Source: Candidatus Poseidoniales archaeon (GTDB lineage: Archaea > Thermoplasmatota > Poseidoniia > Poseidoniales > Thalassarchaeaceae). From it: a stretch of 64,000 nt of DNA. Made by a program: the position numbers and the translations under genes. The stretch is taken from assembly GCA_012964335.1 (NCBI GenBank), contig DTUF01000022.1, forward strand, positions 30,195-94,194. Reading direction: 5' to 3'. This document shows, one piece after another, positions 47,201 to 56,435 of this stretch. The notes under the pieces are model-generated. The model was not told where the DNA came from and did not search any database. It saw only the letters and a program-made list of their open reading frames with translations. Each line of letters begins with the position of its first letter. Position 1 is the first letter of the stretch.

Positions 47201-49560
47201 TCCATATCAAGGTCAGCGTGGAATATTTCATTGAAAACTTCTTTCATTAATAATGAGCCTTCAGTTGCTCGGTGATTCTTGAGCAGCGCATCGGCTTTCT
47301 GTTGGAATTGCTGAGGTGACACTTCTTCAGCACCAATGCGGCGAGGGATTATCAAACTCCTACCAGCTACTTCACGGAATCTCTTGGCAAATAATTGAGT
47401 ATCCAGCAAATATCTTTCAATCACGCTGCGATGGTCATTTGCTTCAAAGACAGCAGGGAAAGCACCCGGGTCAATATCATCAGACATTTTTATGAGGAAG
47501 CCATTCTCATCAAATGAAATTTCATGCACATGGATATCATGAGCAGAAGCTACTCCAGCAAAGAAGTATCCTAACGTCATATTGAACGCTCGACCTCTAC
47601 ATGTTGTCACCATGTAAGTTGTTACACCACCAACAATCTGTTCCATCATTATACGATTTGGTCCGGGGACTTCAAAGGATTCAGCCACATGTTGTTCCAT
47701 GAAACGAGCAACTGATTCAGCTATTTTTCTAGAAAGGCCATAACCTTCCATCAATAGACGCCGTGGGTCCCGCTGTCTTCGAAGTGCCAACATTGTGGAT
47801 TTCTGTAATTTCAAAACAGCCAAAGAAAGTTCAGGACTTCTTGATAATGCTTCACCAGACCATGATGGAACAGTAGGGCGGAACCCAGTTACTGGCGTTA
47901 CATTTACTCTAGAACCTTGAATTGACTGAATTCGATATGTTGTTCCTCCAAGAAGAATAACATCACCAGGTCTAACACTGGAAACGAATGACGATGATAA
48001 CTGCCCAATCATTGAACCATCTGTATTGAGAACTAGGTAGTTATTATCAGGGGAAATTGTTCCAAGGTTCGTGTAATATATCATCTGGGAATATCCTCTC
48101 TTTCCGATGGTATTTTCCTCCCAATCAACCCACAATCTCTTTTCATCTTCCAACATATCAATTACTTCGATATAATCGTCGTAAGGAAGATCGCGATATG
48201 GCCAAGCAGTAGTAATCAACTCATAGACTTCGTCAATGTCTTGCTCTCCAACGATTGTTAGTCCAACCATGAATTGAGCTAACACATCTAGCGCATTTTC
48301 GGGGAATCTCAATAAATCCATTTCCCCACACATAATTGCTCCTTGAAGGGCTACTAACTCAACTAGATCATGAGGGCCAGTTGGTAGGAATCGGGCTCGG
48401 GGAATCCCTCCTACATGGTGACTAGCACGGCCAATTCGTTGTAGGGCGGTTGCAATACGCCCAGGGGAACCAAGTTGAATTACTAAATCAACTGTGCCAA
48501 TATCAATACCTAATTCTAAAGAAGAAGATGAAACACAACATCTTAATTCACCCATTCTCAATCGTTGCTCTACATCCTTACGAATTTGCTTATTCATTGA
48601 ACCATGATGGGCTTCTATTCCATCTTCATCCCAACCAGCAAGACGTCTGAGTTTCTGGACTATTTCTTCAGTCATTTTTCTAGTATTAACAAACACAATT
48701 GTAGTTGTATGTGCTTCAACTAAATCTAGGATACGTTCTACATTGGCATCTAGGATTTGCTTGTGGTCAAAAGTTGGATCTCCGAACCTTGGATGGGGGA
48801 GAATGATGTCCAAATCAAGTTCTCTAGCACCACTTATTTTTGCAATTTTTACTATATCTGTATCATCTCCAACAGGAACTAGAAATTTAGCTACCTCATC
48901 TAATGGTTCCATGGTTGCAGATATCCCAATTCTTTGGACGGGAGTAGTAATTACAGAATCAAGAAGTGCCATTGTCAGTGATAGCAAAGTTCCCCTCTTA
49001 GATGCAACTAAACTGTGTAATTCGTCTAAAATAATCCAACTCAAATCAGTCATTAATGGACGGAATTTAGAGGATGCTAAAGCTAGCCCAAGGCTTTCAG
49101 GAGTTGTAATCAAAATGTGAGGGGGATTGCGTAACATTTTTTGACGGTCAGATTGACTTGTATCACCTGTCCTTAAACCTACTTTGATATCCTTGGATCG
49201 CCCTGATAAAAATTTCGATTTTATTTCAGTTAGTGGTTCAATCAAATTCTTTTGAATATCATTAGCCAATGCTTTAATTGGTGAAATATAGACACAGTAC
49301 ACTTTCTTTTCAAGTTCACCATCTAGTGATTTTCGAATTAATTTGTCAATAATTCCTAGAAATGCCGTTAGTGTTTTCCCACTTCCTGTTGGGCTAGACA
49401 ATAACAAGTTATCACCTGCATTGATTGAAGGAATTGCCATCTTCTGAGGGTCAGTGAAGTCAGGGAATTTATCTCTAAACCAATCCCTTACAGGCTGGCA
49501 TAATTCACTGTATATTACTTCAGAATCTTCATAAGAGTCTAAGTATACTATCTCAGCCAT
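44266..49560 (-). CDS. lhr: Lhr-family SF2 helicase with long C-terminal extension
   Basis: SPTGSGKT, ITTPESL, DELH, SAT, HHGS, SLELGIDIG and QRIGRASH motifs; FAKRFREVAGR; 1764 aa. Confidence 0.93.
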   Translation of the reverse strand: MAEIVYLDSYEDSEVIYSELCQPVRDWFRDKFPDFTDPQKMAIPSINAGDNLLLSSPTGSGKTLTAFLGIIDKLIRKSLDGELEKKVYCVYISPIKALANDIQKNLIEPLTEIKSKFLSGRSKDIKVGLRTGDTSQSDRQKMLRNPPHILITTPESLGLALASSKFRPLMTDLSWIILDELHSLVASKRGTLLSLTMALLDSVITTPVQRIGISATMEPLDEVAKFLVPVGDDTDIVKIAKISGARELDLDIILPHPRFGDPTFDHKQILDANVERILDLVEAHTTTIVFVNTRKMTEEIVQKLRRLAGWDEDGIEAHHGSMNKQIRKDVEQRLRMGELRCCVSSSSLELGIDIGTVDLVIQLGSPGRIATALQRIGRASHHVGGIPRARFLPTGPHDLVELVALQGAIMCGEMDLLRFPENALDVLAQFMVGLTIVGEQDIDEVYELITTAWPYRDLPYDDYIEVIDMLEDEKRLWVDWEENTIGKRGYSQMIYYTNLGTISPDNNYLVLNTDGSMIGQLSSSFVSSVRPGDVILLGGTTYRIQSIQGSRVNVTPVTGFRPTVPSWSGEALSRSPELSLAVLKLQKSTMLALRRQRDPRRLLMEGYGLSRKIAESVARFMEQHVAESFEVPGPNRIMMEQIVGGVTTYMVTTCRGRAFNMTLGYFFAGVASAHDIHVHEISFDENGFLIKMSDDIDPGAFPAVFEANDHRSVIERYLLDTQLFAKRFREVAGRSLIIPRRIGAEEVSPQQFQQKADALLKNHRATEGSLLMKEVFNEIFHADLDMEGLNQFVSEVVQGSSRILHTRVKVPSPIGMNLYMSAFEDLLSMRTRAYLIKDIDPEILRRLLGQRALATQLDEEQVNTYYNDKVSIPTNAESLLDIMEMGGGLDKNHENPLYREKLEGIEKEEIRTWIRELIDREDIVRVTNTGHVGIDNKWFSKRMGDIHGTLGVLSSHDADELDDLRQLYLGGLTYDTSTKYKDTEAIAWEPTTLSDPHECLRVKLVDLLGSEGPQTLDVLVERLPFPKPMIENILHELEVRNIVTIGFYRQTEEGEFILRVDEHYLTGGEEEVVAYRNLQNLLLTKSFKLHDDPLGALSSHVMIQKMHELLDRVKDFRFADWKDMKHDSDVLMGRLLHNRIGYTKKDQMGLLLGLRPEPWIGDMEAKLMTKVPAGENVTRQQILVDIPRDDESKHIMNRAKYALNNMERQLLYVKQYEELPERKRSLSLFHRVYEVYEPLPFDDALVELINRIGPVKRFTLGWYVSRAGDELEDTLKLLMDQGRITKVVALQPGLTDFYCVPSDVPQVKKRIREDRKMRILTQSDPFCSRFIQEVRYVLKQGWYYPVFKGVDPVGRILMYKVNDYLEIKDIHIPHAYLDEFVEQFERLLENYRDTLVEISVLTNFNGENISEARKETIDAFTRIGFEAIGDGRRMIRGGVMDPRPIKESVRVLFYNHKMHQDSRSENETMAVKHLFEIRDDFALRGRSEAYRVNLSSMASANQLHQGTNLTGHRVYAPYSHFQRLLTIRNLPPNEELLDVLEFFTDHSDPQLFMDRHALRRAEFRKLAQPLIRSGHLVQDYRGGFRTVHPTIITDHWQFKQDYLIELINEIPVITMKQCEKMAGKPYKPEEIMTVLQYLVDEGQLIKGFLLEDLNQVCWGRKEMLESSTDVAIMRDFVLPPSDPLAPYFASLLRERFGFGSAYLVFHNEEPIAAFKANTRENIIDVKDLVADPKLEKQALRVMKEFAWEHSMPLRGKVLEKLKKR

Positions 49561-49664
49561 TTATTCCCCTTCCTATTCTTATGGTGACAGCGCAACGAAC
49601 CATTATATCAACGATTCGTATTTTAAAGGGAATATGCAGACGGAATCACTAGTGATAACCGGTT

Positions 49665-49976
49665 TCAAGCCCATCTTGAACCATTCTTTCCCCACCGGTT
49701 GAAAACCTCAACCGCAGGAGATGGTATTTCCTGGAAAATTAAAGGAGATGATTCTGCTAGAACTGGAACAATAACTTCACGAAGTGCACTTGTAGGACAA
49801 GAACCTATGCAACTTAAACACCCAACACAATTCTCATTTAGTACTATTACTGGCCTCTTTCGACGTTCTGGAGGGCAATCTGCTAGTGGTAATAATGCTT
49901 CAAAAGGGCAGTGAGTAATACAGAGGTCACAACCTGTGCAATCTGCACTAACGATTTCAACCATCGCCTGCCCCAT
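49665..49976 (-). CDS. 2x[4Fe-4S] ferredoxin
   Basis: CTGCDLCITHCP and CVGCLSCIGSCP; ATG 49976 chosen. Confidence 0.88.
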   Translation of the reverse strand: MGQAMVEIVSADCTGCDLCITHCPFEALLPLADCPPERRKRPVIVLNENCVGCLSCIGSCPTSALREVIVPVLAESSPLIFQEIPSPAVEVFNRWGKNGSRWA

Positions 49977-50065
49977 GTAATAACCCAAAGAGTTAGCATT
50001 TTTCAGGGTATTCATGCCGAAGCATTGAGAACCCTTCTCTATCCGACCAACCCTTAGGTGAAGGC

Positions 50066-51790
50066 GTGACAAGTGACAGCGACCGAGTTAACTCCTTGAT
50101 GTCGATGTTGAAAAGGAGAGGGATTATCTTTCCTGCCTTTTCCATTCACGGGGGAATTGCCGGTCTGTATGATTACGGACCTGTCGGTGGAAGGCTATTG
50201 AGAAAAGTACAACAACAATGGAGAGAACATTGGTTGTCAAAAGGAAATATTGTAGAAATTGACAGTCCTACTATTACACCAGAATCGGTTTTACAAGCAA
50301 GTGGTCATGTATCTGCCTTTAACGACCATGCGTCTGAATGTAATTCTTGTAACGCTATTTTCCGTAGTGACCATTTAGTTGAGGAATTCCATCAAAATGC
50401 TGATTCACTCTCTGGTCCTGAATTAGATTCTATCCTTTCCGAAAATTCGATTTCCTGCCCTTCTTGTAAGAATGTCGATTGGGCGAATTCTCGACCCATG
50501 AATCTCATGTTTGGGACTAAAATTGGAGCAACTAGGGGTGGTAGACAAGCGTATATGCGACCTGAAACTGCTCAGGGAATGTTCTTAACTTTCCCAATGA
50601 TTCAACGCCATTTCAGGAACCGTCTTCCTTACGGAGCAATCCAAGTTGGAAAAGGGTACAGGAATGAAATAAGTCCACGACAAGGAATGATCCGCCAAAG
50701 GGAATTCAATATGGCTGAACTTGAATATTTCATTGATCCAAATGTAGACGCACATCATGACCTTTCAAAATGGAACGGCATTAATTTTCAATTGATTCCG
50801 GACCCAGAAAATGGCGAGCAGAAAAACATTAACATGGATATTTCTACTGCACTTGAACAGAATATCGTTCGACATCCAACAGTTGCAATGTTTATGGCTG
50901 AAACATATGACTTTCTTACAAATATCGGAGCAGACCCAGAAAAAATCAGATTTAGGCAACACGAATCGGATGAAATGGCTCATTATGCATCTGATTGTTG
51001 GGATTTGGAAATGCATGGCTCTTATGGTTGGGTTGAATGTGTTGGAATTGCCCACAGAGGTTGTTATGATTTAGAAGCACATGAGAATGCCACCAACAGT
51101 AATGAATTGAGAGCATGGCGAGATTTTGATGAACCAATAGAAGTTGATAAAGAAGTTGTATCAGCAATTGGATCAATTGTGGGTCCTGCTTTTAGGCAGA
51201 GGGCTGGCCAAGTAACTCAAGCTTTGGCAGAACTAGAAAATATACCAACATCGTTCCCATTTGAACTATCTCTAAGTGATGGAAGTAATGTTACTATAGA
51301 CGATTCAATGGTTAAGGTAGTAAGGGTGCAAGAGACAATCCGAGGAGAATGGTTCTTACCTCATGTGGTTGAACCTGCATTTGGTCTTGACCGTATTATT
51401 TGGCACCTACTTGACCATGGCTATGAGATGACTAGTAAAGAAGGAGAAGAATACCTCATTCTGCACCTTTCAGAATCAGTAGCGCCATACGAAGTTGTTG
51501 TGCTTCCACTCTTTGAGAAAGATGGGATGGGGCAAATTGGTAAGGAATTACAAACTACACTTCTTCAAATTAATGGAATTGGGGTGTATTATGATGGGAC
51601 AAGGTCAATCGGCAGAAGATATGCAAGAGCAGATGAAATTGGTGTCCCTTGGGCTGTTACCATTGACTATGAATCATTAGAAGATGGTAGTGTTACGGTT
51701 CGTCGGCGAGATGACCAATCTCAAATCAGAATTTCTACAGATGATTTGATTCAACATTTACAAAGTGGTTCTCTCGCATCTGTTTTCTAA
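50066..51790 (+). CDS. glyS: glycine--tRNA ligase (alpha2, archaeal/eukaryotic type)
   Basis: YDYGPVG, RPETAQG, RNEISPRQG, EMAHYA, PHVVEPAFGLDR and IGRRYARADEIG motifs. Confidence 0.97.
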   Translation: MTSDSDRVNSLMSMLKRRGIIFPAFSIHGGIAGLYDYGPVGGRLLRKVQQQWREHWLSKGNIVEIDSPTITPESVLQASGHVSAFNDHASECNSCNAIFRSDHLVEEFHQNADSLSGPELDSILSENSISCPSCKNVDWANSRPMNLMFGTKIGATRGGRQAYMRPETAQGMFLTFPMIQRHFRNRLPYGAIQVGKGYRNEISPRQGMIRQREFNMAELEYFIDPNVDAHHDLSKWNGINFQLIPDPENGEQKNINMDISTALEQNIVRHPTVAMFMAETYDFLTNIGADPEKIRFRQHESDEMAHYASDCWDLEMHGSYGWVECVGIAHRGCYDLEAHENATNSNELRAWRDFDEPIEVDKEVVSAIGSIVGPAFRQRAGQVTQALAELENIPTSFPFELSLSDGSNVTIDDSMVKVVRVQETIRGEWFLPHVVEPAFGLDRIIWHLLDHGYEMTSKEGEEYLILHLSESVAPYEVVVLPLFEKDGMGQIGKELQTTLLQINGIGVYYDGTRSIGRRYARADEIGVPWAVTIDYESLEDGSVTVRRRDDQSQIRISTDDLIQHLQSGSLASVF

Positions 51791-51861
51791 TTCCCATTAC
51801 AATGCCTAATTCATCGTTTCACCTATAATCAATAGATGAACATTCAAAACCCCTCGCCGCC

Positions 51862-53406
51862 GTGAGGGCTTTGATGGCCGAAGCCCAGTCAATTCCGTCC
51901 GACTGGACTGAGCGTTATCGGCCTAAAACAGCAGACCAATTAGAAGGCAATGAAGCAGCCAGAAAAAGAATCAAGATGTGGCTAGAATCATGGAAGAATG
52001 GCACACCTGACAAAAAAGGACTTCTTCTGGTTGGACCCCCTGGAATCGGAAAAACAAGCATTGTTAGAGCTGTTGCAGAAGACTTCGGATGGGTAGTCAT
52101 AGAATTGAATGCCAGTGATGCAAGGAACGCCGCTTCAATCAGAAAGGCTGCAGGTGGCGGCGCATCAAATTACACATTTGGATTAGATGGCTCTTTTGAT
52201 TTGGGCGGGACTAGAAAAACTTTGATTCTTTTAGATGAGGTTGACCATTTACACGGTGGATTACGAGAAGTAAGTGAAAAACGGATTGAGGGTTCCATAG
52301 CAGAAAAACGAGGTGAAGATACCTCAATTTCCTCTTTGAAAGGAGATTCCGGAGGAAAAGCAGAATTGCTAAAAATGCTAAAAAGTACCACTCAACCAAT
52401 AATTATGACTTGTAATGAACCCATGGGATTGTGGGGCAGACGAAATTCAAATTGGACTTCTGCAAGGGATAGATTTCTTCGCCAAGCAGAACTAATTAAA
52501 TTTCGAAGAGCAAGTTCAGCAGCGTTGCAAAAAATTGCAAAAAGGGTTCTCAATTCTGAAAATGTCACCTCTGACCCTGGCGCACTAAGCAGACTAGTAA
52601 ATGCAAATCCTGGAGATATCCGTGCCCTCGTTAGAGATTTACAAATGATATGCGAAGATGGTACTAATCATATTGACTTAGACATCGTGGAAACCCAATT
52701 AAGTCGAGGATTACGAGATCAACAACTTGATTTGTTTCCAGGATTAGAAGAACTTTACAAAAGCGCATCTGCAAAGGATGCTGCTGAAAGGGCTAGAGAT
52801 ATTGAGATAACACCAAGAGAATTAATCGCTTGGGTTTCGTGGAATAATGCTTCTGTTTTCAAAGGCCGTGATGACCTCAGTAGAGCGGCAAAAACTTGTT
52901 CAATTGCAGACCAATCATTACATACAATGTACAGTAATAATGCATACCGCAGTTGGTATTGGTCGGGACAATTATCAGCATTGTCTGCTAGTGTTTCATC
53001 AATTCATGAGCCTGCTGCAAGGTTCTCACTGTCTTTTCCTCCATTCTTGAGAAGAGGGACGGAACCATGGCGTCGAAAAGGATTGATTCGAAAATTAAAG
53101 GACCTTTCAGGTTGCAGTATCCAAGCAGCACGTGAAGAATTATGGCCACCCTTAGCAGCCATACATGAGTCAGGAAATAATATGGACATTGAAGATTTCA
53201 CAATTAGTAAAGAGTTAAAATTAGATGGTGATGAACATGCTTTACTTCATGGACTGAGAAGTAATCTCAAATCAACTAAAGCTATTGTAAAAAGGTACAA
53301 TGAAAGCATCCAAGTAGAGTCTGAAATTGAAGAAAATGATGAATTTTTCGAACAAGAGCAAGAAAATACTCCAATTATAGATAAAGATCAAAAAACACTA
53401 TTTTGA
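51862..53406 (+). CDS. rfcL: replication factor C large subunit
   Basis: WTERYRP, GPPGIGKTS, IELNASDAR, LLDEVD and GDIR motifs; C-terminal PIP box QKTLF; start probably 51874. Confidence 0.93.
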   Translation: MRALMAEAQSIPSDWTERYRPKTADQLEGNEAARKRIKMWLESWKNGTPDKKGLLLVGPPGIGKTSIVRAVAEDFGWVVIELNASDARNAASIRKAAGGGASNYTFGLDGSFDLGGTRKTLILLDEVDHLHGGLREVSEKRIEGSIAEKRGEDTSISSLKGDSGGKAELLKMLKSTTQPIIMTCNEPMGLWGRRNSNWTSARDRFLRQAELIKFRRASSAALQKIAKRVLNSENVTSDPGALSRLVNANPGDIRALVRDLQMICEDGTNHIDLDIVETQLSRGLRDQQLDLFPGLEELYKSASAKDAAERARDIEITPRELIAWVSWNNASVFKGRDDLSRAAKTCSIADQSLHTMYSNNAYRSWYWSGQLSALSASVSSIHEPAARFSLSFPPFLRRGTEPWRRKGLIRKLKDLSGCSIQAAREELWPPLAAIHESGNNMDIEDFTISKELKLDGDEHALLHGLRSNLKSTKAIVKRYNESIQVESEIEENDEFFEQEQENTPIIDKDQKTLF

Positions 53407-54969
53407 TTACTCTTTCCAGACCCTGATTGAAAGCAAAACAATTACTGTTAATAATTCTAAACGTCCTAACCACATCAGTGTAGCAGTGACAATTAAGCTT
53501 GTCCAATGTAGACTAGCCCATGTTTCAGTAGGTCCAAAACTACCTAATGCTGGCCCAGTATTTCCTAACGAAGCAATTGCTACTGAAATCACTGTTTCTA
53601 AATCAAGAGATGATTCAATTATTGCTAGTACAATGATACTACTCATTGATAGAACTGCCCACCATGAAAGCATTCCAACAATCGTCCAAAGTTTTTCATC
53701 CTCAACAACTTCACCATTAAGCCGGACAAGGTGTATTTTCTTGGGTGATGCAATACGGGAAATTTCACGTTTTGCCAATAGGTATGCAATTCTCAGTCGT
53801 AAAATTTTGAGCCCTCCGCTTGTTGACCCAGCTGAAGCACCTACGATCATCAAGAACAATAAAATAATCAACGATAAAGTTGGCCAAATTGCGTAGTTTG
53901 AACTAGCATAACCTGTTGATGTACCAATTGATACTACATTAAAAGTTGCATGACGGAATGAACTACCAAATTCCCAGTCTGCTAAGAAGTAAAGGCTTGC
54001 TGTCATGGTTATTATAGCAAGTGTTAACACAGCCAAATATACCTGCATCTCTTGGTCCTTAATTGCAGCCCTCCAGTCGCCTCTATAGACATAATGGAAC
54101 AAACTGAAATTAATTCCAGTGAGTACCATAAAGACAATAATAATCCATTCAACAGTAACGCTATTAAAAGACATAATTCCAGCATCATAGGTACTGAAAC
54201 CACCCGATGGAAGAGTTGTTAATCCATGATTAACAGCGTCAAATAATCCCATATCTGCCAAATAATAGAGAAGACCAATTTCTATAATCGTAAAGAGGGT
54301 ATAGATACTCCAAAGAATCTTCGCTGTCTGCTGTATTCTAGGCTTTAATCTAGATAATGAAGGGCCTGTGAGTTCTGCTCTTGCCATCGTCATGCCGCCA
54401 CCTAAATAGCGGGCTAATAACAACATTCCAAGCATAATAATCCCCATTCCACCAAGCCACTGACTAAGACTTCTCCAAAGCAATAGTGTTCTTGATTGTG
54501 CATTGATGCAATCAGGTACAGCAGGCTGGCAAACAGGGCTAGTTCGAGGATCAATCACTGTAGCGCCTGTTGTCGTAAAGCCAGACATTGATTCAAAGAA
54601 AGCACGTATATAACCACCAAGAACTTCAAACAAGTTTGACTGCCCCGAAATCAATTCAAATGGCCCATGAAACATTCCACCAAACCAATATGGAAGAGCC
54701 CCAATTAGAACTACAACAGGCCATCCTAATGCCACTGCAGCAAACGCTTCTCTGTCCCTTAATCTCTCGGAACTAGCACCCCTATTTACGCCCCAGGTGA
54801 TCAGCCAATATCCGATACCAAGAGAAATTACACTAGGCAAGGAAAACGCACGCAGAGTTAACTCTAACTCATCGAGAAAAAGGGACCCAACTATAATCAT
54901 CAAAAACAGAGGGCCTGCTAACAACATTAGAGTCAAACCCACCACGTAGGCGAGAACGTCATTTCTCAT
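53407..54969 (-). CDS. trkH: Trk potassium uptake permease
   Basis: FESMSGFTTTGAT, QWLGGMG, GGFS, GSTSGGLK, GNTGP and GRLE motifs. Confidence 0.96.
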   Translation of the reverse strand: MRNDVLAYVVGLTLMLLAGPLFLMIIVGSLFLDELELTLRAFSLPSVISLGIGYWLITWGVNRGASSERLRDREAFAAVALGWPVVVLIGALPYWFGGMFHGPFELISGQSNLFEVLGGYIRAFFESMSGFTTTGATVIDPRTSPVCQPAVPDCINAQSRTLLLWRSLSQWLGGMGIIMLGMLLLARYLGGGMTMARAELTGPSLSRLKPRIQQTAKILWSIYTLFTIIEIGLLYYLADMGLFDAVNHGLTTLPSGGFSTYDAGIMSFNSVTVEWIIIVFMVLTGINFSLFHYVYRGDWRAAIKDQEMQVYLAVLTLAIITMTASLYFLADWEFGSSFRHATFNVVSIGTSTGYASSNYAIWPTLSLIILLFLMIVGASAGSTSGGLKILRLRIAYLLAKREISRIASPKKIHLVRLNGEVVEDEKLWTIVGMLSWWAVLSMSSIIVLAIIESSLDLETVISVAIASLGNTGPALGSFGPTETWASLHWTSLIVTATLMWLGRLELLTVIVLLSIRVWKE

Positions 54970-54973
54970 TTAT

Positions 54974-56386
54974 TCAACTCCCTGTGAGTCGTTTTTCAAC
55001 ATCTTCAATATCTTCCACTTTAGCGAAAAGCATCAATCGGTCGCCTTCCTTCAGGATTTGGTCACCGGAAGCTCTCAGCATACTTTCCGTACCAGATGAT
55101 TGAGATGTGCGATGTATGAAGGCTACACGACAGAGTTTATTCTCCAATACCTTAACTTGCTTTCCAATCATTCTGTGTTCAGGATTTAGAAGTGCAGACA
55201 TACCAACAATATCGGGTATTGACGAAAGCAGATGATAATTTCCTTCTACCTTACTATGAACATGGCGAAGAATATAGTTGATTGAAACTCTTCTTCGACT
55301 AACGGCAAAGGAATGGCCTATTCGCCTTGCGATTTGTGCCATTTGGCCGTCATCTAGAACCATCCCAACTATGGGAACACCCAATTCAGTTGCATGCAGA
55401 GCAACTGCCATGTTAGCGTGGTCATCAGATAATGCAGAGATTGCAATGTGGTGATCATCAACATCTAATTCATGGAGAAGGTCTGGGTCCAAGGGGTTAC
55501 CATGGATAGAATCCAAAAAGTCTGTATTAGCGAAATCACTACCTGCTAACTCATTTGCTTGTTCTAAATTTTCGCTAATAACCGTTACCCTACAACCATC
55601 TTCCAAATATGATTTTGCTATTTGACGTCCCAATCTAGTTGCACCAAATATCATGATTCTTGGGTGGTCGGGATAATCAGGAGGTTGGTGTCCAGCTGCT
55701 AATAATATTCGCCTGAAAGTGTGTTTACCAATTGTAGCAAAAGCGACTAGTGAATTTGGAACAATAACTGTGTTTGGATTAGGTATGTAACTTTTCTTAC
55801 CCGGCTCTTTTATTCCGAATATCCTGGGTAAGCCATCGACATTATCTTGAGACTCTTGAAGAGTAGAACCAATTAAGTTGTCAGCAGATGAAAGAACTTC
55901 TACAATAGATACCCAAGCGTCCTGCCCGAGAGGAAGAACTTCGACCATCGAAGCACCTTGCAATCCAACTTTTAAATCCTCAATTACTAGTAGGTCAGAA
56001 CATACTGCGTGCTGCACTCCACTCCATCGAGTTAAATCTTCACCCTTTTCATCCGAAATCAAACTTGCATCATGAATTCTTGCAATTGTCATTAATTCTG
56101 TTTTCTTTCCAGCCTGAAGCACAATGTCACGAGCTAATGCACAAGAAATCATGTTAATTTCATCACGCTGTGTTGCTGCAATGTAAACTTCAGCATTTTG
56201 CACCTCGGCCTCCATCAAGTCCTCTCGTAACGTGGCATCACCTTGGACTACCAATACATCCAATGCTTGAGCCTCTTTGATAGAAACAGGGTCTGTGTCA
56301 ATGAGAACTACGTCTCTACCTTCACTACGTAAAGCCTTAGCAACCCCACGACCGACTTCGCCGGCCCCCCCGATAACTATCCTCAT
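54974..56386 (-). CDS. trkA: Trk potassium uptake NAD-binding subunit (two RCK domains)
   Basis: MRIVIGGAGEVG and second IMIFGATRLG; upstream of trkH; ATG 56386 chosen. Confidence 0.92.
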   Translation of the reverse strand: MRIVIGGAGEVGRGVAKALRSEGRDVVLIDTDPVSIKEAQALDVLVVQGDATLREDLMEAEVQNAEVYIAATQRDEINMISCALARDIVLQAGKKTELMTIARIHDASLISDEKGEDLTRWSGVQHAVCSDLLVIEDLKVGLQGASMVEVLPLGQDAWVSIVEVLSSADNLIGSTLQESQDNVDGLPRIFGIKEPGKKSYIPNPNTVIVPNSLVAFATIGKHTFRRILLAAGHQPPDYPDHPRIMIFGATRLGRQIAKSYLEDGCRVTVISENLEQANELAGSDFANTDFLDSIHGNPLDPDLLHELDVDDHHIAISALSDDHANMAVALHATELGVPIVGMVLDDGQMAQIARRIGHSFAVSRRRVSINYILRHVHSKVEGNYHLLSSIPDIVGMSALLNPEHRMIGKQVKVLENKLCRVAFIHRTSQSSGTESMLRASGDQILKEGDRLMLFAKVEDIEDVEKRLTGS

Positions 56387-56435
56387 GGACGCACCCTTCG
56401 GCAATCAATCGGGAGAGCATCTCTCATTTGACTCT

